Both the position numbers and the translations under genes were made by a program. From the NCBI GenBank assembly GCA_035479375.1, contig DATIIT010000009.1, forward strand, positions 5,073 to 69,072: DNA of 64,000 nucleotides, written 5' to 3'. The number at the start of each line of letters is the position of its first letter. Positions within the stretch are counted from its first letter, which is position 1. The stretch comes from Candidatus Saccharimonadales bacterium (lineage in GTDB: Bacteria; Patescibacteriota; Saccharimonadia; Saccharimonadales; UBA4665). The notes under the pieces were generated by a model that was given only the letters and a program-made list of their open reading frames with translations, ran no database searches and was not told the DNA's origin. Positions 28,301-37,758 of the stretch are shown piece by piece.

Positions 28301-30021
28301 CCGACGCCATTGCCATGAACGGTTACTTATACGTGGTGGGAGGCCACGACGGCTCCGGCCCCACCACCTACGGCGACATCGAGATCACCAAGATTAACCT
28401 TAGCACCGGCAACCTAGATAGCAACTTCAGCAACTCGGTCATCCAGATTACGCCACGCTGGGACGAGCGCGCGGTGTTTAGCAACGGCTATATATACGTT
28501 ACCGGTGGCTGCGCCGTGGGCGACCCGCCGGCGTCATGTAACTCCAGCACCGGCGTGTCCAACGTGGTGGAGTACGTGGAGGTCTTCAATGCCGGCAACA
28601 AGGGCACCAGCGCCTGGACAACTGCCACCAACACCTTTACTACGGCGCGCACCAGCGCCTCGGCCGCGGCATATAACGGGTACTTGTATATTGCCGGGGG
28701 GTGCACGTCGTATACGATTGGGAGTAACTGGGGGAACACGTTTTGCAGTTTTGGGAACAATACCACGGGATATGCGCCCATTAACCCAGATGGCTCGTTG
28801 GGTACCTGGACAACCGGTAACACACTGACGCCATCCAACAGACGGACGGCCGGCTGCCTTTTGGCAGTTGGCGGAACACTTTACTACGTCGGCGGGGAAG
28901 ACAGCACCAACACTGCGGTCAACTCGGTGGAATATAGCGTGATTGGCGCCGGTGGCGTGCCCGGCACCTGGAACGCCACCACCCAGACATTGCCGGTAGC
29001 CCGCGCCTGGATGGGTTGCGGCACGTTTAGTAACCGCATTTATATAGCGGGCGGGCAAAACGCAGCTGGCACCGCCGACGCCGCGGTATACTACAGCCCA
29101 GACCTAAGCAACGGCGGCGACATCACCAGCACCTGGGGGACGGGCACGTCATATACTACGCCAGTGCGCTCCGACCACGCCGTGGTAATTGCCGCCGGTT
29201 ACCTATATGTCATGGGCGGTGACCCGGGCACCGGTACCACAGCCATGCACGACGTGCAGTTCATCGCCCTAACGCCTTCCGGGGGAACCACTGGCTCGTG
29301 GTCATTTACTCGCGACTTGCCGCAAGACATGACCTTCCAGACGGCCTTTGCCGCTAACGGCTACATCTACGCTGTAGGGGGGCGTACGACCAACACCACG
29401 TGTTTGTCCACTACCTATATTGCCTCGGTGAACAGCACCGGACGGATTAGCGGTTGGTCGCAAGCGGTCAACAAGATGGCCACGGCGCGTTTTGGCGCGG
29501 CCGCAGCCTTCTATAACGGGTACTATTACATCTTGGGCGGCGATGACTGCTCCACCGGCCCCATCGGCTCCACCGAATACGGCGGTGAGCAGTCGCAAGC
29601 CATGAAGACGCTCATCTCCAAGTATGCTGACTTTAACGGCAACGGGGTGCCGCTCAACTTTGTGGGCTACTTAACCAACGCCGTAAACAACGGTGTAGAC
29701 ATCGAAAAATGGCGCCTGACCTACCAAGCCAGCATGGAGGCGACCGACAGCTGGGGCAAGAGCACCACCGTGTACCCGCTCACCAACCAGGCCAAAAATA
29801 CCGTAACGGCCATTGACGGCTCTGGCACCACCACCCAGCTGGCGCGCTGGTTTTGGATGACCTTTGACATCAACATGGAGCAGAGCTTTAGCTTTACCGA
29901 CGACACCCAGCCGAGCATCTCCCAGTACGAGCTGTACTACACGCCGCCGCCGGCCAAGCGCTTGATGCACGGCAAAGACTTCCGCGACCAAACCCAGCAG
30001 GACCTCGACGCCCACCCGTAG
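25393..30021 (+). CDS. Membrane-anchored multi-Kelch beta-propeller protein (1542 aa)
   Basis: Basic N-tail plus one TM (VGLVTSAAVLVAMELIIIL); YPLTIDP motif; 18 Y/F-x-Y/F-hh-[GA]G Kelch blades, many followed by INxDG[ST]LG.W, i.e. three 6-bladed propellers. Confidence 0.8.
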   Translation: MDDIKRPKPHREYARRHEYGALPPRPLPDRHAPQPHHAAPARTVVRLRFKKPSAGRLRPYLRMCKNFWVRVGLVTSAAVLVAMELIIILQPYLVAHTYALGSADALLQKPDDSLAAKLQFDDSKGDFNFNDGYSPLQSSASDDASGGGPQITASTNQDASKGLTVNDPFNQLGFSITPQFKLLPGKQNANRIVYPFADGTGWLVYTMQATGVKEDVVLDHANGNNMSLRYTIKVDNQFAVRQNRDGSVGIYGSDSPLTGQVSTGSDKDAALLRKAREHMAKNKLFFNLPAPVAYGVNESKTDVDVHYELHGNTLTTVATNLKKGRYPLTIDPTVTVTSASDLFRDTNPDSNADFNGSTGNIARGAVTGGVIPAWTNNSNNIATSRFLNGATIYDDYAYVAGGAGANSTTDLTSIEFARLSSSGSCSTSCIGSWSTTTALSAGLSRFTLLAYNGYLYAIGGSTTNTSCGSVSSTVYYNRIQVNGQLSATWNTSPLPSGVCGAGAMAYNGKMYVAGGRTGSATNTGVTTMWYATINPDGSLTTFTADDSVLPAARFDADLRVYNGYIYMIGGNLNGTLTATVIYAPIASDGSIYGTGSGSWKSASSFGTARSNMGETFTATNDGFMYVQGGCSAYTSDSCTTVQNEVQTAQINADGTLGPWSDVATSIASLSRVGNSIVQWRGTIYSFAGCTGMNAGVVSCVSGNTLATESYSKISTPGQVGPVNTTTVLPTARWAHGSVVNGGFIYVIGGCITASCQTGTADTTGATSFAPLNADGTVGTWTTDSTHLLNGATGLAAFGATVYNNVIYATGGYSDVAPSSNVFYISVNSSTGALNSGGWTTQASKLGATTTYNSAVAYHDFLFVFGGCINSTNGQAGCNTYRNSVYRMPIATGGAPGTLTTSAGTGSFLNLPTGKGLMAPAMYNGYIYLAGGATSAAGQTNIVYYAKINDDGTITAWNTATGTMVHTLRRADAIAMNGYLYVVGGHDGSGPTTYGDIEITKINLSTGNLDSNFSNSVIQITPRWDERAVFSNGYIYVTGGCAVGDPPASCNSSTGVSNVVEYVEVFNAGNKGTSAWTTATNTFTTARTSASAAAYNGYLYIAGGCTSYTIGSNWGNTFCSFGNNTTGYAPINPDGSLGTWTTGNTLTPSNRRTAGCLLAVGGTLYYVGGEDSTNTAVNSVEYSVIGAGGVPGTWNATTQTLPVARAWMGCGTFSNRIYIAGGQNAAGTADAAVYYSPDLSNGGDITSTWGTGTSYTTPVRSDHAVVIAAGYLYVMGGDPGTGTTAMHDVQFIALTPSGGTTGSWSFTRDLPQDMTFQTAFAANGYIYAVGGRTTNTTCLSTTYIASVNSTGRISGWSQAVNKMATARFGAAAAFYNGYYYILGGDDCSTGPIGSTEYGGEQSQAMKTLISKYADFNGNGVPLNFVGYLTNAVNNGVDIEKWRLTYQASMEATDSWGKSTTVYPLTNQAKNTVTAIDGSGTTTQLARWFWMTFDINMEQSFSFTDDTQPSISQYELYYTPPPAKRLMHGKDFRDQTQQDLDAHP

Positions 30022-30037
30022 GGTATACTGGATAGAT

Positions 30038-30958
30038 ATGGAACGGCGGGGCGAAAGACGGTTGATAAGCGATGAGCGCAGGGGAATGCTGCGCCGTTCT
30101 GCCGACGGCCGCCTGCGCCCGGCCAGCGAAGAGCGCGACATCGCCGACATCTGGGCAGACCAAAAACGCCTTCGCCTGAAACAGGCCATAGAAGAAGACA
30201 ACCGCCGCAAGGCCCGCCGGGCAGAGAAACAACGCCGCCGCGAGCAACGTAAACAACTTGGCTGGCGCGCGGCGCGTGCGCACGCCCGGGAACAAGTGGC
30301 ACAGCCGGGCTCCGGTGGCTCTAAAGAAATCGAGATCCGCCTCAGCCTGCCGTCTTTCCGCAAACTGCACATCCCCAGCTGGGACGATGTAGAGGATTTT
30401 TTGGCCAACCTGGACGTGCCGGTGCTTGGCCGCCGCCATGCAGTGTATGCCGGCTGTGTTGTAAGCGCCATTGTGCTGCTGTTCTTGGCGCCCGCGGCGT
30501 TCCGCTCCCCAAAGCCGGCGCCCAAGGCTTCCGCTAGCCCGCCGAAGGTGGCGGTGCTTGGGACGCAGCCCCATATCGACCAGCCGCCGTACGCCACTAT
30601 TTTGCCGGCTGGCAAAACCGCCCAGCAACTCGGGGGCTGGGGCAGGGTAAGCCCCAAGACGAGCGACCCGGTGTACGCCTACGCCGATATCCTAAAGGGT
30701 ATTGGCATAACGGTCAGCGAGCAGCCCTTACCAGATGAGTTTGCCCTAAGCCCGCAGTCGCGCGTTACCGACCTCGCCAAGCAGTTTAACGCCACCAAGG
30801 CGTTGACTACCAAGGCGGGGACGGTAGCGTATATTGGCACTTCCACGCAAGGGATACAGTCTATCGTCGCCACCAAGCAGCAGCTGCTTATCCTGATACG
30901 TTCAGAGCAGACTGTGCCGGACACCGATTGGGCGGCGTACCTCGACTCCCTGCACTAA
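30038..30958 (+). CDS. Single-pass membrane protein with Arg-rich N-terminus and C-terminal extracytoplasmic domain (DUF4367-like, tentative)
   Basis: TM AVYAGCVVSAIVLLFLAPAAF; ITVSEQPLP motif resembles VSVNEQPVP in 47849-48373; TATACT 8 nt before ATG. Confidence 0.55.
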   Translation: MERRGERRLISDERRGMLRRSADGRLRPASEERDIADIWADQKRLRLKQAIEEDNRRKARRAEKQRRREQRKQLGWRAARAHAREQVAQPGSGGSKEIEIRLSLPSFRKLHIPSWDDVEDFLANLDVPVLGRRHAVYAGCVVSAIVLLFLAPAAFRSPKPAPKASASPPKVAVLGTQPHIDQPPYATILPAGKTAQQLGGWGRVSPKTSDPVYAYADILKGIGITVSEQPLPDEFALSPQSRVTDLAKQFNATKALTTKAGTVAYIGTSTQGIQSIVATKQQLLILIRSEQTVPDTDWAAYLDSLH

Positions 30959-31060
30959 CTAGCCATATACGGCTAGTTTCGGGCGAAGATGAATAATTGC
31001 TCGCTTTCCGCTTGCGCTTACCGGTATAATCGAAGCAGGAAGCAGTAAGGCAGGTTGGGC

Positions 31061-31888
31061 ATGAAATTTTTATGGCTGAGCAGTTCCCGGGTTGGCGCGC
31101 CATTGGGCGTGGGTATGCTGCTGCTGGCGTTCTTATTCCCGGTTACGGCCGCGGCGGCCTCAGCCATTGCCCAGGGGTTTAAGGCGGGCGGTGACGGAAT
31201 TGTAAGCGGCGCGCTGGTGAGCTTGCAACAAGGCGTGGCCGGCACCGTTGAGCTCAGCACCGCCGCCAACAGTGCCCACTTGGTGGGGGTGGTGGAGCGG
31301 CAATCGCTCATCGACTTTGCCAATGGCGGCACCGTGCAGGTAGTTACCAGTGGCACGACCCCGGTGCTGGTGAGCGACATCAACGGCCTGGTGAAAACGG
31401 GCGATAGGATTACGGCCTCGCCGATTGTGGGTGTGGGCATGAAGGCTACCGAGAGCGCCACCGTGGCCGGCAGCGCCCAGGCCGACATGCAGCTCAGCAC
31501 CGCTGAAACGCGCCAGGTCACCGCCGCCAACGGCAAACAGCACACTGTGCACGTTGGCGCTGTGCCTCTGTTAGTCTCGGCGGCGTACTACCAGCCCAAA
31601 CCTACCCAGAGCAAGTTCGTCCCTAGCGGGCTGCAAACGTTCGCGGCCAACATTGCCGGCCACCAGGTGCCACCGGTGCGGATACTCGTGGCTGGGCTGG
31701 TGGTGGTATTGCTGTTTGTGTCGGTGGCGGTGCTGTTGAATTCGTCGGTGCGCTCCAGCATTATCGCCATTGGGCGTAACCCGCTCAGCGGGCAGTCGGT
31801 GCGCCGGAGTTTATTCGAGGTGGGCGTCACTACAGTAGGGGTGCTGGCCTTTACAGTCATTGCCGTATACCTTATCCTGACGGCCTGA
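31061..31888 (+). CDS. Secreted, C-terminally anchored 'GRNP' membrane protein (cassette 1)
   Basis: Signal peptide (..PVTAAAA); VVTSGTTPVLVSDINGLVKTGDRITASPIVGVGMKA domain; TM hairpin with SIIAIGRNPL loop; paralog of 39475-40320. Confidence 0.75.
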   Translation: MKFLWLSSSRVGAPLGVGMLLLAFLFPVTAAAASAIAQGFKAGGDGIVSGALVSLQQGVAGTVELSTAANSAHLVGVVERQSLIDFANGGTVQVVTSGTTPVLVSDINGLVKTGDRITASPIVGVGMKATESATVAGSAQADMQLSTAETRQVTAANGKQHTVHVGAVPLLVSAAYYQPKPTQSKFVPSGLQTFAANIAGHQVPPVRILVAGLVVVLLFVSVAVLLNSSVRSSIIAIGRNPLSGQSVRRSLFEVGVTTVGVLAFTVIAVYLILTA

Positions 31889-32006
31889 CCGTCCAGGTTG
31901 TCCACAGTTTTACAGCGGGCGCTAAAAGTACTTGCCCCGCTAACCGTAAGCCGCGTAAGATATAAATTACGGGATCAAATACCTAACAACAGAAAAACAA
32001 AAACCC

Positions 32007-35000
32007 GTGCAAGACCAAAACCAACCCACCACCACACCGAGGACTATTGGGGTCGACAGCGGCCCGCTAGTCTCTACTGGATACGACAGCCGGCCAGACC
32101 CGTTTGCTGATACTGAAGCATTGTCTGCGCAATCTTTGGACAGCACTTTTGTGCACGCCGCGCCGCGCCTTACCGTGGCCTCCCGTTTGCTCAAGCGGGT
32201 GGATGTTATTTTGCTGGCGCTGTTAGTTTTGGGCGCGCTAGGACTGGTGTTAAGCACCTTTTTCCATAAGCACCAGCAGCCGGTAAGCAACAGCGTAAGC
32301 ACACAGTTTGGCAACGTGGCCTTGCCGCTCAGCCAGTTTGTTGGCACGGAGGATGGCATCAAGCTGGACGCCGGGAGTGTGGTGGTAAACGGTGCGCTCA
32401 AGCTGAACCAGGGCGTGGTCATAACGCCGTCGGTGCAGCCCAATGCGCCAGTCTCTGGCCAGTTGTATTTTGACCGCAACACCAACCAGTTGGCGTATTT
32501 TAACGGGACGGCCTTTGTGCCGCTAGGAGCCAGTACCCAGGCGGTGCAAACCATTGGCGGCTTGAGCGGGCAGGTTACCTTAGGCGGTGGCTTGAGTGTG
32601 GTGGGCAACCAGCTCGTCTCATCCACGGCCGGTGTTACAGGGGTAGTGGCAGGCACGAATATTAGCGTAACGAACAATAACGGCGTGTATACCGTGAGCA
32701 ACACCGGTGCCGGCACTGGCACAGTGACGAGTGGCGGCGGCACGGCCGGTACACTGCCACTGTTTACCGGTGTGCAAAATGTAGAGAACTCCATTGTGGC
32801 GCAGTCCGGCGGTGCCATAACAGTGGGCGGCAACCTGAATGTCTCTGGGAGCTTGGCGCTGGGCACTGCCTTGGGCGTGGCCAGCGGCGGCACGGGCGCA
32901 GCCACCTTGGCAGCCAACGGTGTGCTGTTGGGTAATGGCGGCGGTGCAGTGTCCTCCCTGGTGGCCGGTGGCGCTGGGCTTTGCTTGGTATCCTCGGGAG
33001 GGGCGCCCACCTGGGCATCATGCTCGGGCGGCGGCGTTACCAGCCTGAACGGCTTGGCTGGCGCACTCACCGTGGCCAACGCAAGCGGCGTGGGCAGCAC
33101 AGTTACAATTAACGACGCAGGCATCGGCACCAAAGGCATCGCCAGTTTTGACGGCACGAACTTTAGCGTTGTTGGCGGGGCGGTGAACACCGTGCAGAAC
33201 ATCAGCACTGGCTCAAGCCCGACATTTGTGGCGGTGAACACAAATAGTATTACGCCGAGCGCCGCGCTCACCGTTGGCGCCAGCGGCCAGACCCTGACGT
33301 TGCAAGGCGGCGCCAGCACCGTGTTCAAAGCCACGGCCGGCGGCAACACTACCACTGTGGACTTCACGAGCCCTACGGCCAACACCACGCTGCACTTCCC
33401 GGCGTCACCGGCCGGGCCATACACTATTTGTACGACGGTGGGGAACTGCGCCGGCTCTGGCGGCGGCGTCACTGGCTCGGGCACCAACAACCAAATCGTC
33501 AAATTTACGTCCAATGGCAGTACGGTTGGTGACTCCAGCTTGTCTGATAGCGGCGGCGCGGTGACTACCAGCGGCGACCTCGTGATCCAGGGCGGCGATG
33601 TGACCGTGGGCGTGTCCAACAGCCAGACTGGGACGGTGAAGTTTGCGCACAGCGGCTCGGCGTTTATCGGTTCACTGGTGCAAGGTGCGCTGAGCGCCGG
33701 CCAGACATACACGCTGCCAAACGCCACTGGCACCATCTGTTTGGACAGCGGCAACTGTTTGGGCGGTGGGGGCGGCGGCGCCAACACGGCGCTGTCTAAT
33801 CTGACGAGTGTGGCCATTAACACCTCGCTGTTGCCCGGCGTCGCCGGCAGCATTAACCTGGGGTCGGGCGGCTTGCCGTTTGGCGACGTCTTCCTGGCTG
33901 GCGCATCGGGCACCCCTGGCACGAATAATTTCCGGCTCACCGGCGCCTCCACGTCTGGTACGCGGGTTATTACGCTGCCCGACGCCGCTGGCACGGTGTG
34001 TTTGCAGTCGGCGGCGGCCTGCGGGTTTGCGGCCAACAGCGGCAACGGCAACTACATCCAGAACCAAAACAGCGCAGACCAAGCGGCGGATTTCCGCATT
34101 AGCGGCACTGGACGGGCAAATACCTCGGTGCTAACGCCGCTGCTGGACACGGCAACGGGCGTTGCCCTGGCACTCGGCACAAATAACGCTACGGCCATTA
34201 ACCTCAACCAAAGCACGGCAATTGCTACGGGCAAGAGCCTAACAGTGGGGCAGGACGTGACGCTGCAGGCGGCAAACTCCAGCATTAGCAACGCACAGAC
34301 GACGACGCACGGCGAGTCGTTTGGCTCTGGCGCCACCACCGCTAATGATGCGGTTGCCTTTGGGTTTAGCGCGGCCGCGCTGGCTAACAGCGTTGCTATC
34401 GGTTCTGGCGCGAGTACCGCCGCCACGTCAGGGATTGCCATTGGTAACGGCGCTACAGCAGCTAACCAGTTTGGCATTGCCTTGGGCCGCGGCGCCACCA
34501 CCACGGCGGCTAACCAGCTGGTGGTCGGCAGCGGCACGGGCGCTATCAGCCAGGTGTTTATCGGCAACGGCTTTAGCAATGCTGCACCCAGCGATGTAAC
34601 AATCCAAGGCACCGGCGGCAGCGGCACCGACGTGGCCGGCGCCAGCCTGAACCTTTCCAGCGGCGTGGGCACCGGCTTAGGCGCTGGCGGCAACATTAAC
34701 TTCAAAGTGGCGACCCCGGCTGGCGGCACCGGCAGCTCGGCCAACGTGGCGCAAACGGTGGCCACTATTAGCGGCACCAACGGCGCTGCGGTCTTCAAGA
34801 ACTTTGTGAATGGTACGGCCGGGTTTGACGTGCAGACGCAAGGTGGCGCATCAATTTTGACCGTTAACAGCAGTACGCCGGGCGTCACCATAAACGGCAC
34901 CGCCACTATCCAGGGCGGCAGCGGCGCTGGCGCGGTCAGCGTCCAGGCGGCGGCGAGCGCCACTATTAGCATTGGCACAGCTAACGCCAACACCATTACC

Positions 35001-36446
35001 GTGGGCAATGCGGCCAGCACCGCGGCCATCACCATTGGCCAGTCCACGGCCAGCAACACTATTAATATTGGCAACGCCACCACGGCCGCGGGCAACATCC
35101 AGACGATCAACATTGGCACGTCGGCCACCAGCACGGGCAAGGCGGTGATTACTATTGGCAACACCAACGATGGCTCATCGCTGGCGCTGCAGGCCGGCAC
35201 CGGCAATGTGACGCTGTCTACCAACTCGGCCACCTCCAGCGTGACGGTCAAGAGCAACACCAACAGCACCGCTGCCTTCCAGATTTTGGACTCCGGCAAT
35301 AGTCCATACCTCACGGCCAACACCACGTCTACCAACCCAGGCATTTACATCTCTGGTACGGCCAGCGGCGGCGGTGGTGGGCGGCTGTTCTTTGGCAACG
35401 TGGGCGACCCTAACACCTTTGTGGGCGAGGACGCCGACGTGGTCACCCCAGACAACGACCGACTGGCGCTCTTTGGCCGCGCCGGCCTGCGCTTCTACAC
35501 CAACACCGCGCCGGGCAGCCTCACGGGCACCATTACCGCCAACGGCAGGTACATCTTCCAGTCGTTAAACGACAGCCAGGGAGGGTTTGAGTACCAGACC
35601 CAGGGTGGCGACGACCTGCTCAACATTTCCACGGCCGCGGTCACCGTCACCATTGGCAAGGGCACTACCAACGACAGCACCGGCGTGCTGCTGGTGCTCG
35701 ACTCCAAAAACACCGCCGGCGACCCCACCGGCATAACTGGCGGCATGTATTACAACAATAGCAGCGAGACCTTCCGCTGCTATACTGGCGCGGCCTGGGC
35801 GGACTGCATGGGTACGCCTAAGCCTAACGCCCGCCGCTGGACGTACATTACCTATCCGGGCTCCGGCACGAGCTTTAACGCCAACGGCGACATTACTGGC
35901 GGCAACATCGCCACATCTGTCCCGGCCACCACGTCGGAGCCAGCCGTGCTCGATTACGCTACCGCCGGCACCACCAACAGCGCCACCAGCCTGGAGGGCA
36001 ACCCCAACTACAATTCTTCGGCCAACCCCACCTACCAAACGTATGCCTCGATTGCCGGCACCACCAACACCCGCATGTGGCTGGGCTTCACCGACCAGTC
36101 CGCGGCTACCATGGCTGCCAGCGCCAACCCGGCTGGCAACTACGCCGCCTTCCGCTACGACACCGGCGCCGGCGACACGGCCATCAAGTGCGTCACTAAA
36201 GACGGCACCACGCAAAACATCACCAACACCTTTACGGCGCCCACTACGGCTGGCCACAAGTACGAGATCGACATTATCCAAGGCACGGAGGTCATCTTTA
36301 AGCTCGACGGGGCAGAGGTTTGCACCCAGTTCACCAACTCGCCAGCGGCCAACACTATGCTGCGCTACGTCAACACCATGACCACGCTCACCAATGCCAT
36401 CAACGACATCCGCGTGGGCTGGGTGTACATAGAGAGCGACAAATAA
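32007..36446 (+). CDS. Giant N-terminally membrane-anchored fibre protein B (1479 aa) with YadA-head-like repeats and lectin-like tip
   Basis: GTG start; TM after LLKRVD; Cys-pair modules (TLPNATGTICLDSGNC); SVAIG/GIAIG/GIALG repeats at ~34311-34570; MYYN..FRCY..W.DC neck then beta-sandwich tip; paralog of 40442-47842. Confidence 0.75.
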   Translation: MQDQNQPTTTPRTIGVDSGPLVSTGYDSRPDPFADTEALSAQSLDSTFVHAAPRLTVASRLLKRVDVILLALLVLGALGLVLSTFFHKHQQPVSNSVSTQFGNVALPLSQFVGTEDGIKLDAGSVVVNGALKLNQGVVITPSVQPNAPVSGQLYFDRNTNQLAYFNGTAFVPLGASTQAVQTIGGLSGQVTLGGGLSVVGNQLVSSTAGVTGVVAGTNISVTNNNGVYTVSNTGAGTGTVTSGGGTAGTLPLFTGVQNVENSIVAQSGGAITVGGNLNVSGSLALGTALGVASGGTGAATLAANGVLLGNGGGAVSSLVAGGAGLCLVSSGGAPTWASCSGGGVTSLNGLAGALTVANASGVGSTVTINDAGIGTKGIASFDGTNFSVVGGAVNTVQNISTGSSPTFVAVNTNSITPSAALTVGASGQTLTLQGGASTVFKATAGGNTTTVDFTSPTANTTLHFPASPAGPYTICTTVGNCAGSGGGVTGSGTNNQIVKFTSNGSTVGDSSLSDSGGAVTTSGDLVIQGGDVTVGVSNSQTGTVKFAHSGSAFIGSLVQGALSAGQTYTLPNATGTICLDSGNCLGGGGGGANTALSNLTSVAINTSLLPGVAGSINLGSGGLPFGDVFLAGASGTPGTNNFRLTGASTSGTRVITLPDAAGTVCLQSAAACGFAANSGNGNYIQNQNSADQAADFRISGTGRANTSVLTPLLDTATGVALALGTNNATAINLNQSTAIATGKSLTVGQDVTLQAANSSISNAQTTTHGESFGSGATTANDAVAFGFSAAALANSVAIGSGASTAATSGIAIGNGATAANQFGIALGRGATTTAANQLVVGSGTGAISQVFIGNGFSNAAPSDVTIQGTGGSGTDVAGASLNLSSGVGTGLGAGGNINFKVATPAGGTGSSANVAQTVATISGTNGAAVFKNFVNGTAGFDVQTQGGASILTVNSSTPGVTINGTATIQGGSGAGAVSVQAAASATISIGTANANTITVGNAASTAAITIGQSTASNTINIGNATTAAGNIQTINIGTSATSTGKAVITIGNTNDGSSLALQAGTGNVTLSTNSATSSVTVKSNTNSTAAFQILDSGNSPYLTANTTSTNPGIYISGTASGGGGGRLFFGNVGDPNTFVGEDADVVTPDNDRLALFGRAGLRFYTNTAPGSLTGTITANGRYIFQSLNDSQGGFEYQTQGGDDLLNISTAAVTVTIGKGTTNDSTGVLLVLDSKNTAGDPTGITGGMYYNNSSETFRCYTGAAWADCMGTPKPNARRWTYITYPGSGTSFNANGDITGGNIATSVPATTSEPAVLDYATAGTTNSATSLEGNPNYNSSANPTYQTYASIAGTTNTRMWLGFTDQSAATMAASANPAGNYAAFRYDTGAGDTAIKCVTKDGTTQNITNTFTAPTTAGHKYEIDIIQGTEVIFKLDGAEVCTQFTNSPAANTMLRYVNTMTTLTNAINDIRVGWVYIESDK

Positions 36447-36501
36447 CCCGGCCGCACATCTCTTTCCCCCTATGCTTTTATCGTATAAGATGGGGGTAAC
36501 C

Positions 36502-36912
36502 ATGGAAACTGCACACATATCTAAATCGCGGCGCGGGCTGGTCATTAGCCTGGTTGTAGGCGGTGTGTTGCTGGTGGCTGGCGCCGCCGGCGCCGGCTTT
36601 TGGCTTGCGCGCCGCAGCAGTACGCCGCCGTCCACTAGCAGCCAGGCGGCGCAAAAGCAAAAAATCCTGCAAGAGGTAGGCGACATGTACTTGCTGCCAG
36701 ACGGTGAAAACCCCACAGTGGCCATCATCCAGGACAAAAGTGCGCTCGGCTCGGAATCTTTTTTTAGGGCGGCCCAAAACGGTGACGTGGTGATCATTTA
36801 TAAGGCTGCCGGCCTGGGGCTTATTTACCGGCAAAGCCTGCACAAGCTCATCAACGTCCAGACGGTGTCGTTTGCTGGCGCCGCCGGTGGGACGGCGCCA
36901 GCCGGTAACTAG
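36502..36912 (+). CDS. Small single-pass membrane protein (conserved CPR-type family)
   Basis: TM RRGLVISLVVGGVLLVAGAAG; LP.GENPTVA...FF..AQNGD..IIY...LIYR motif recalled from CPR genomes; start 36502 or 36490. Confidence 0.65.
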   Translation: METAHISKSRRGLVISLVVGGVLLVAGAAGAGFWLARRSSTPPSTSSQAAQKQKILQEVGDMYLLPDGENPTVAIIQDKSALGSESFFRAAQNGDVVIIYKAAGLGLIYRQSLHKLINVQTVSFAGAAGGTAPAGN

Positions 36913-36996
36913 TATTATCCGGCTAGTTACCCCTTACGTTTTTCCGGTGGCGGCTGGCCGCACTCGGTGGTATACTTTGACCTGAAGAGGGAACTG

Positions 36997-37758
36997 ATGA
37001 AACAAACAATCATTGCGGTCATCAACCAAAAGGGCGGCGTTGGCAAGACAACCACGGCGACCAACTTGGCCGCGCAGCTGGCTGGCAACGGCGCAGCAGT
37101 GTTGCTGGTAGATTTAGACCCCCAGGGCAATGCCACCAGCGGCCTCGGCGTCAACAAAGAGTTGGAGCCCACCACCTACGAGGTGCTGTTTGCCCAGGCT
37201 GGCCTGGACCAAGCAGTGCGTCCGGCAGAGCGCGACGGCCTGTATATTTTGCCGGCCAATGCCAACCTGGCGGCGGCCGAGGTAGAACTGGTATCGCAGC
37301 TGCAGCGCGAATTTGCCCTGCGCCGGGCCCTGGAGCCGGCGGCATACGACTACGTCATCATTGACTGCCCGCCGGCGCTCGGCCTGCTCACTATCAACGC
37401 GCTGAGCGCGGCCACCCACTTGCTCATCCCGGTGCAGTCGGAATATTATGCGCTCGAGGGGCTTGGCCAGCTGCTGGCCACGGTGCAGCGCGTCAAAGAG
37501 GCGCTTAACCCCGGGCTGGACCTGCTGGGCGTGGCGCTCACCATGTACGATAAGCGCACCAGCCTGTCCGAGCAAGTCATGCACGAACTACAGAGCCACT
37601 TCGGGGACAAGCTGTTTAAGACGGTCATCCCGCGCAACGTGCGTTTGGCTGAGGCTCCCAGCTTTGGCAAGACCATTTTTGAGCACGACCGCTGGAGCAA
37701 AGGCGCCCGCGCCTACAAAAATCTGGCCAAGGAGGTAGCAAAACGTGTCCATGGGTAA
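36997..37758 (+). CDS. parA: Chromosome partitioning ATPase ParA/Soj
   Basis: NQKGGVGKTT, DLDPQGNAT, IIDCPPALG, PVQSEYYALEG, PRNVRLAEAPSFG. Confidence 0.96.
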   Translation: MKQTIIAVINQKGGVGKTTTATNLAAQLAGNGAAVLLVDLDPQGNATSGLGVNKELEPTTYEVLFAQAGLDQAVRPAERDGLYILPANANLAAAEVELVSQLQREFALRRALEPAAYDYVIIDCPPALGLLTINALSAATHLLIPVQSEYYALEGLGQLLATVQRVKEALNPGLDLLGVALTMYDKRTSLSEQVMHELQSHFGDKLFKTVIPRNVRLAEAPSFGKTIFEHDRWSKGARAYKNLAKEVAKRVHG

